Positions 57,445-64,000 of a DNA stretch of 64,000 nt are shown here, piece after piece. The DNA lies in contig OZ059895.1 in NCBI GenBank assembly GCA_964057225.1, forward strand, positions 20,150,001-20,214,000, read 5' to 3'. Source of the DNA: Auanema rhodensis (lineage: Eukaryota; Animalia; Nematoda). A program made the position numbers and the translations under genes. Positions within the stretch are counted from its first letter, which is position 1. Each line of letters opens with the position of its first letter. Below the pieces are notes generated by a model. The model had not been told where the DNA came from. It saw only the letters and a list, made by a program, of their open reading frames with translations, and did no database searches.

Positions 57445-58146
57445 TTTGCGCTAGCTTAAAAATGCACCGAGATATCAACTGATATATGTTCACACTTATA
57501 TCCTCGATTTTCACCCTGAAGAAATTATTTTTTCGTTGAATAACATTGTCCATCGTCTTTGCCTTGAAAAAAGGAATCTAAAAACATCTACTTCTTGCTA
57601 AATTATTTTGAAATTTTTCGAAAAAATTTTTGTCAAAATGTTTTTGGAAGCAATGTTGAGTGTACATGGAAACTCAACATACACTAATGCATCATTTTTC
57701 AAACGATCATAACTAATTTTTGTATTGAGCGTTTCTCAATGTAGTATAGTGCATTCGATGCGGATTTTTAAGCTGCGTCGATCTGTGTTATCAGATTTGC
57801 GCTAGCTTAAAAATGCACCGAGATATCAACTGATATATGTTCACACTTATATCCTCGATTTTCACCCTGAAGAAATTATTTTTTCGTTGAATAACATTGT
57901 CCATCGTCTTTGCCTTTAAAAAAGGAATCTAAAAACATCTACTTCTTGCTAAATTATTTTGAAATTTTTCGAAAAAATTTTTGTCAAAATGTTTTTGGAA
58001 GCAATGTTGAGTGTACATGGAAACTCAACATACACTAATGCATCATTTTTCAAACGATCATAACTAATTTTTGTATTGAGCGTTTCTCAATGTAGTATAG
58101 TGCATTCGATGCGGATTTTTAAGCTGCGTCGATCTGTGTTATCAGA

Positions 58147-58378
58147 TTTGCGCTAGCTTAAAAATGCACCGAGATATCAACTGATATATGTTCACACTTA
58201 TATCCTCGATTTTCACCCTGAAGAAATTATTTTTTCGTTGAATAACATTGTCCATCGTCTTTGCCTTGAAAAAAGGAATCTAAAAACATCTACTTCTTGC
58301 TAAATTATTTTGAAATTTTTCGAAAAAATTTTTGTCAAAATGTTTTTGGAAGCAATGTTGAGTGTACATGGAAACAGA
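58147..58378 (+). repeat. 232-bp truncated monomer (same deletion)
   Basis: Junction ggaaac|agatttg at 58375/58376. Confidence 0.97.
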
Positions 58379-61186
58379 TTTGCGCTAGCTTAAAAATGCA
58401 CCGAGATATCAACTGATATATGTTCACACTTATATCCTCGATTTTCACCCTGAAGAAATTATTTTTTCGTTGAATAACATTGTCCATCGTCTTTGCCTTG
58501 AAAAAAGGAATCTAAAAACATCTACTTCTTGCTAAATTATTTTGAAATTTTTCGAAAAAATTTTTGTCAAAATGTTTTTGGAAGCAATGTTGAGTGTACA
58601 TGGAAACTCAACATACACTAATGCATCATTTTTCAAACGATCATAACTAATTTTTGTATTGAGCGTTTCTCAATGTAGTATAGTGCATTCGATGCGGATT
58701 TTTAAGCTGCGTCGATCTGTGTTATCAGATTTGCGCTAGCTTAAAAATGCACCGAGATATCAACTGATATATGTTCACACTTATATCCTCGATTTTCACC
58801 CTGAAGAAATTATTTTTTCGTTGAATAACATTGTCCATCGTCTTTGCCTTGAAAAAAGGAATCTAAAAACGTCTACTTCTTGCTAAATTATTTTGAAATT
58901 TTTCGAAAAAATTTTTGTCAAAATGTTTTTGGAAGCAATGTTGAGTGTACATGGAAACTCAACATACACTAATGCATCATTTTTCAAACGATCATAACTA
59001 ATTTTTGTATTGAGCGTTTCTCAATGTAGTATAGTGCATTCGATGCGGATTTGTAAGCTGCGTCGATCTGTGTTATCAGATTTGCGCTAGCTTAAAAATG
59101 CACCGAGATATCAACTGATATATGTTCACACTTATATCCTCGATTTTCACCCTGAAGAAATTATTTTTTCGTTGAATAACATTGTCCATCGTCTTTGCCT
59201 TGAAAAAAGGAATCTAAAAACATCTACTTCTTGCTAAATTATTTTGAAATTTTTCGAAAAAATTTTTGTCAAAATGTTTTTGGAAGCAATGTTGAGTGTA
59301 CATGGAAACTCAACATACACTAATGCATCATTTTTCAAACGATCATAACTAATTTTTGTATTGAGCGTTTCTCAATGTAGTATAGTGCATTCGATGCGGA
59401 TTTTTAAGCTGCGTCGATCTGTGTTATCAGATTTGCGCTAGCTTAAAAATGCACCGAGATATCAACTGATATATGTTCACACTTATATCCTCGATTTTCA
59501 CCCTGAAGAAATTATTTTTTCGTTGAATAACATTGTCCATCGTCTTTGCCTTGAAAAAAGGAATCTAAAAACATCTACTTCTTGCTAAATTATTTTGAAA
59601 TTTTTCGAAAAAATTTTTGTCAAAATGTTTTTGGAAGCAATGTTGAGTGTACATGGAAACTCAACATACACTAATGCATCATTTTTCAAACGATCATAAC
59701 TAATTTTTGTATTGAGCGTTTCTCAATGTAGTATAGTGCATTCGATGCGGATTTTTAAGCTGCGTCGATCTGTGTTATCAGATTTGCGCTAGCTTAAAAA
59801 TGCACCGAGATATCAACTGATATATGTTCACACTTATATCCTCGATTTTCACCCTGAAGAAATTATTTTTTCGTTGAATAACATTGTCCATCGTCTTTGC
59901 CTTGAAAAAAGGAATCTAAAAACATCTACTTCTTGCTAAATTATTTTGAAATTTTTCGAAAAAATTTTTGTCAAAATGTTTTTGGAAGCAATGTTGAGTG
60001 TACATGGAAACTCAACATACACTAATGCATCATTTTTCAAACGATCATAACTAATTTTTGTATTGAGCGTTTCTCAATGTAGTATAGTGCATTCGATGCG
60101 GATTTTTAAGCTGCGTCGATCTGTGTTATCAGATTTGCGCTAGCTTAAAAATGCACCGAGATATCAACTGATATATGTTCACACTTATATCCTCGATTTT
60201 CACCCTGAAGAAATTATTTTTTCGTTGAATAACATTGTCCATCGTCTTTGCCTTGAAAAAAGGAATCTAAAAACATCTACTTCTTGCTAAATTATTTTGA
60301 AATTTTTCGAAAAAATTTTTGTCAAAATGTTTTTGGAAGCAATGTTGAGTGTACATGGAAACTCAACATACACTAATGCATCATTTTTCAAACGATCATA
60401 ACTAATTTTTGTATTGAGCGTTTCTCAATGTAGTATAGTGCATTCGATGCGGATTTTTAAGCTGCGTCGATCTGTGTTATCAGATTTGCGCTAGCTTAAA
60501 AATGCACCGAGATATCAACTGATATATGTTCACACTTATATCCTCGATTTTCACCCTGAAGAAATTATTTTTTCGTTGAATAACATTGTCCATCGTCTTT
60601 GCCTTGAAAAAAGGAATCTAAAAACATCTACTTCTTGCTAAATTATTTTGAAATTTTTCGAAAAAATTTTTGTCAAAATGTTTTTGGAAGCAATGTTGAG
60701 TGTACATGGAAACTCAACATACACTAATGCATCATTTTTCAAACGATCATAACTAATTTTTGTATTGAGCGTTTCTCAATGTAGTATAGTGCATTCGATG
60801 CGGATTTTTAAGCTGCGTCGATCTGTGTTATCAGATTTGCGCTAGCTTAAAAATGCACCGAGATATCAACTGATATATGTTCACACTTATATCCTCGATT
60901 TTCACCCTGAAGAAATTATTTTTTCGTTGAATAACATTGTCCATCGTCTTTGCCTTGAAAAAAGGAATCTAAAAACATCTACTTCTTGCTAAATTATTTT
61001 GAAATTTTTCGAAAAAATTTTTGTCAAAATGTTTTTGGAAGCAATGTTGAGTGTACATGGAAACTCAACATACACTAATGCATCATTTTTCAAACGATCA
61101 TAACTAATTTTTGTATTGAGCGTTTCTCAATGTAGTATAGTGCATTCGATGCGGATTTTTAAGCTGCGTCGATCTGTGTTATCAGA

Positions 61187-61418
61187 TTTGCGCTAGCTTA
61201 AAAATGCACCGAGATATCAACTGATATATGTTCACACTTATATCCTCGATTTTCACCCTGAAGAAATTATTTTTTCGTTGAATAACATTGTCCATCGTCT
61301 TTGCCTTGAAAAAAGGAATCTAAAAACATCTACTTCTTGCTAAATTATTTTGAAATTTTTCGAAAAAATTTTTGTCAAAATGTTTTTGGAAGCAATGTTG
61401 AGTGTACATGGAAACAGA
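61187..61418 (+). repeat. 232-bp truncated monomer (same deletion)
   Basis: Junction ggaaac|agatttg at 61415/61416. Confidence 0.97.
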
Positions 61419-62120
61419 TTTGCGCTAGCTTAAAAATGCACCGAGATATCAACTGATATATGTTCACACTTATATCCTCGATTTTCACCCTGAAGAAATT
61501 ATTTTTTCGTTGAATAACATTGTCCATCGTCTTTGCCTTGAAAAAAGGAATCTAAAAACATCTACTTCTTGCTAAATTATTTTGAAATTTTTCGAAAAAA
61601 TTTTTGTCAAAATGTTTTTGGAAGCAATGTTGAGTGTACATGGAAACTCAACATACACTAATGCATCATTTTTCAAACGATCATAACTAATTTTTGTATT
61701 GAGCGTTTCTCAATGTAGTATAGTGCATTCGATGCGGATTTTTAAGCTGCGTCGATCTGTGTTATCAGATTTGCGCTAGCTTAAAAATGCACCGAGATAT
61801 CAACTGATATATGTTCACACTTATATCCTCGATTTTCACCCTGAAGAAATTATTTTTTCGTTGAATAACATTGTCCATCGTCTTTGCCTTTAAAAAAGGA
61901 ATCTAAAAACATCTACTTCTTGCTAAATTATTTTGAAATTTTTCGAAAAAATTTTTGTCAAAATGTTTTTGGAAGCAATGTTGAGTGTACATGGAAACTC
62001 AACATACACTAATGCATCATTTTTCAAACGATCATAACTAATTTTTGTATTGAGCGTTTCTCAATGTAGTATAGTGCATTCGATGCGGATTTTTAAGCTG
62101 CGTCGATCTTTGTTATCAGA

Positions 62121-62352
62121 TTTGCGCTAGCTTAAAAATGCACCGAGATATCAACTGATATATGTTCACACTTATATCCTCGATTTTCACCCTGAAGAAA
62201 TTATTTTTTCGTTGAATAACATTGTCCATCGTCTTTGCCTTGAAAAAAGGAATCTAAAAACATCTACTTCTTGCTAAATTATTTTGAAATTTTTCGAAAA
62301 AATTTTTGTCAAAATGTTTTTGGAAGCAATGTTGAGTGTACATGGAAACAGA
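62121..62352 (+). repeat. 232-bp truncated monomer (same deletion)
   Basis: Junction ggaaac|agatttg at 62349/62350. Confidence 0.97.
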
Positions 62353-63756
62353 TTTGCGCTAGCTTAAAAATGCACCGAGATATCAACTGATATATGTTCA
62401 CACTTATATCCTCGATTTTCACCCTGAAGAAATTATTTTTTCGTTGAATAACATTGTCCATCGTCTTTGCCTTGAAAAAAGGAATCTAAAAACATCTACT
62501 TCTTGCTAAATTATTTTGAAATTTTTCGAAAAAATTTTTGTCAAAATGTTTTTGGAAGCAATGTTGAGTGTACATGGAAACTCAACATACACTAATGCAT
62601 CATTTTTCAAACGATCATAACTAATTTTTGTATTGAGCGTTTCTCAATGTAGTATAGTGCATTCGATGCGGATTTTTAAGCTGCGTCGATCTGTGTTATC
62701 AGATTTGCGCTAGCTTAAAAATGCACCGAGATATCAACTGATATATGTTCACACTTATATCCTCGATTTTCACCCTGAAGAAATTATTTTTTCGTTGAAT
62801 AACATTGTCCATCGTCTTTGCCTTGAAAAAAGGAATCTAAAAACATCTACTTCTTGCTAAATTATTTTGAAATTTTTCGAAAAAATTTTTGTCAAAATGT
62901 TTTTGGAAGCAATGTTGAGTGTACATGGAAACTCAACATACACTAATGCATCATTTTTCAAACGATCATAACTAATTTTTGTATTGAGCGTTTCTCAATG
63001 TAGTATAGTGCATTCGATGCGGATTTTTAAGCTGCGTCGATCTGTGTTATCAGATTTGCGCTAGCTTAAAAATGCACCGAGATATCAACTGATATATGTT
63101 CACACTTATATCCTCGATTTTCACCCTGAAGAAATTATTTTTTCGTTGAATAACATTGTCCATCGTCTTTGCCTTGAAAAAAGGAATCTAAAAACATCTA
63201 CTTCTTGCTAAATTATTTTGAAATTTTTCGAAAAAATTTTTGTCAAAATGTTTTTGGAAGCAATGTTGAGTGTACATGGAAACTCAACATACACTAATGC
63301 ATCATTTTTCAAACGATCATAACTAATTTTTGTATTGAGCGTTTCTCAATGTAGTATAGTGCATTCGATGCGGATTTTTAAGCTGCGTCGATCTGTGTTA
63401 TCAGATTTGCGCTAGCTTAAAAATGCACCGAGATATCAACTGATATATGTTCACACTTATATCCTCGATTTTCACCCTGAAGAAATTATTTTTTCGTTGA
63501 ATAACATTGTCCATCGTCTTTGCCTTGAAAAAAGGAATCTAAAAACATCTACTTCTTGCTAAATTATTTTGAAATTTTTCGAAAAAATTTTTGTCAAAAT
63601 GTTTTTGGAAGCAATGTTGAGTGTACATGGAAACTCAACATACACTAATGCATCATTTTTCAAACGATCATAACTAATTTTTGTATTGAGCGTTTCTCAA
63701 TGTAGTATAGTGCATTCGATGCGGATTTTTAAGCTGCGTCGATCTGTGTTATCAGA

Positions 63757-63988
63757 TTTGCGCTAGCTTAAAAATGCACCGAGATATCAACTGATATATG
63801 TTCACACTTATATCCTCGATTTTCACCCTGAAGAAATTATTTTTTCGTTGAATAACATTGTCCATCGTCTTTGCCTTGAAAAAAGGAATCTAAAAACATC
63901 TACTTCTTGCTAAATTATTTTGAAATTTTTCGAAAAAATTTTTGTCAAAATGTTTTTGGAAGCAATGTTGAGTGTACATGGAAACAGA
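63757..63988 (+). repeat. 232-bp truncated monomer (same deletion)
   Basis: Junction ggaaac|agatttg at 63985/63986. Confidence 0.97.
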
Positions 63989-64000
63989 TTTGCGCTAGCT

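Larger units (their letters stand above)
1..64000 (+). repeat. Tandem satellite DNA array, 351-bp monomer, 184 complete head-to-tail copies plus 12 bp, continuing past both window edges
   Basis: The motif tttgc(g/t)ctagcttaaaaatgcacc recurs at 1, 352, 703 ... 7021 ... 9127 (step 351). After a 1-bp deletion it recurs at 9477+351k up to 57213, then with 232-bp variants interspersed. Monomers differ by about 0-8 substitutions. No unique sequence and no inversion were seen. Confidence 0.99.

Noticed and set aside
1-64000. Giant repetitive protein gene (351 is divisible by 3, giving 117-aa repeats), possibly under an alternative genetic code
   Set aside because: The ORF track shows no long ORF. 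The most open frame I translated contains TAG, TGA and TAA in each monomer, and the 1-bp and 119-bp deletions break frame.
1-64000. CRISPR array or other repeat-spacer system, suggested by the palindromic motifs
   Set aside because: There are no unique spacers: the sequence between hairpins is as conserved as the hairpins. No cas or other genes are present.

Overview
The whole 64 kb window is one uninterrupted head-to-tail satellite DNA array with no credible genes, RNA genes, transposon insertions or CRISPR spacers. The monomer is 351 bp, about 32% GC (112/351 by hand count) and rich in A/T tracts. I count 184 complete monomers plus a 12-bp start of the next, all in one orientation: 178 of 351 bp, one of 350 bp (9127-9476) and five of 232 bp that carry the same 119-bp deletion (all after 57.2 kb). 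Copies are about 98-100% identical. The remaining SNPs define two subfamilies (A, and a linked-SNP type B) and several local multi-monomer duplications (6-, 10-, 11-, 13- and 15-mer offsets), which look like nascent higher-order repeats. Each monomer carries three clear dyad symmetries, and both ends of the recurrent 119-bp deletion fall at the loop/3'-arm boundary of two of them. A ~99-bp segment of the monomer appears almost free of substitutions. The single ORF in the track arises from one private stop-loss SNP in one monomer. The array is most likely eukaryotic (peri)centromeric or heterochromatic satellite from a genome without CpG depletion. I do not recognise the family or species. All variant calls were made by eye.
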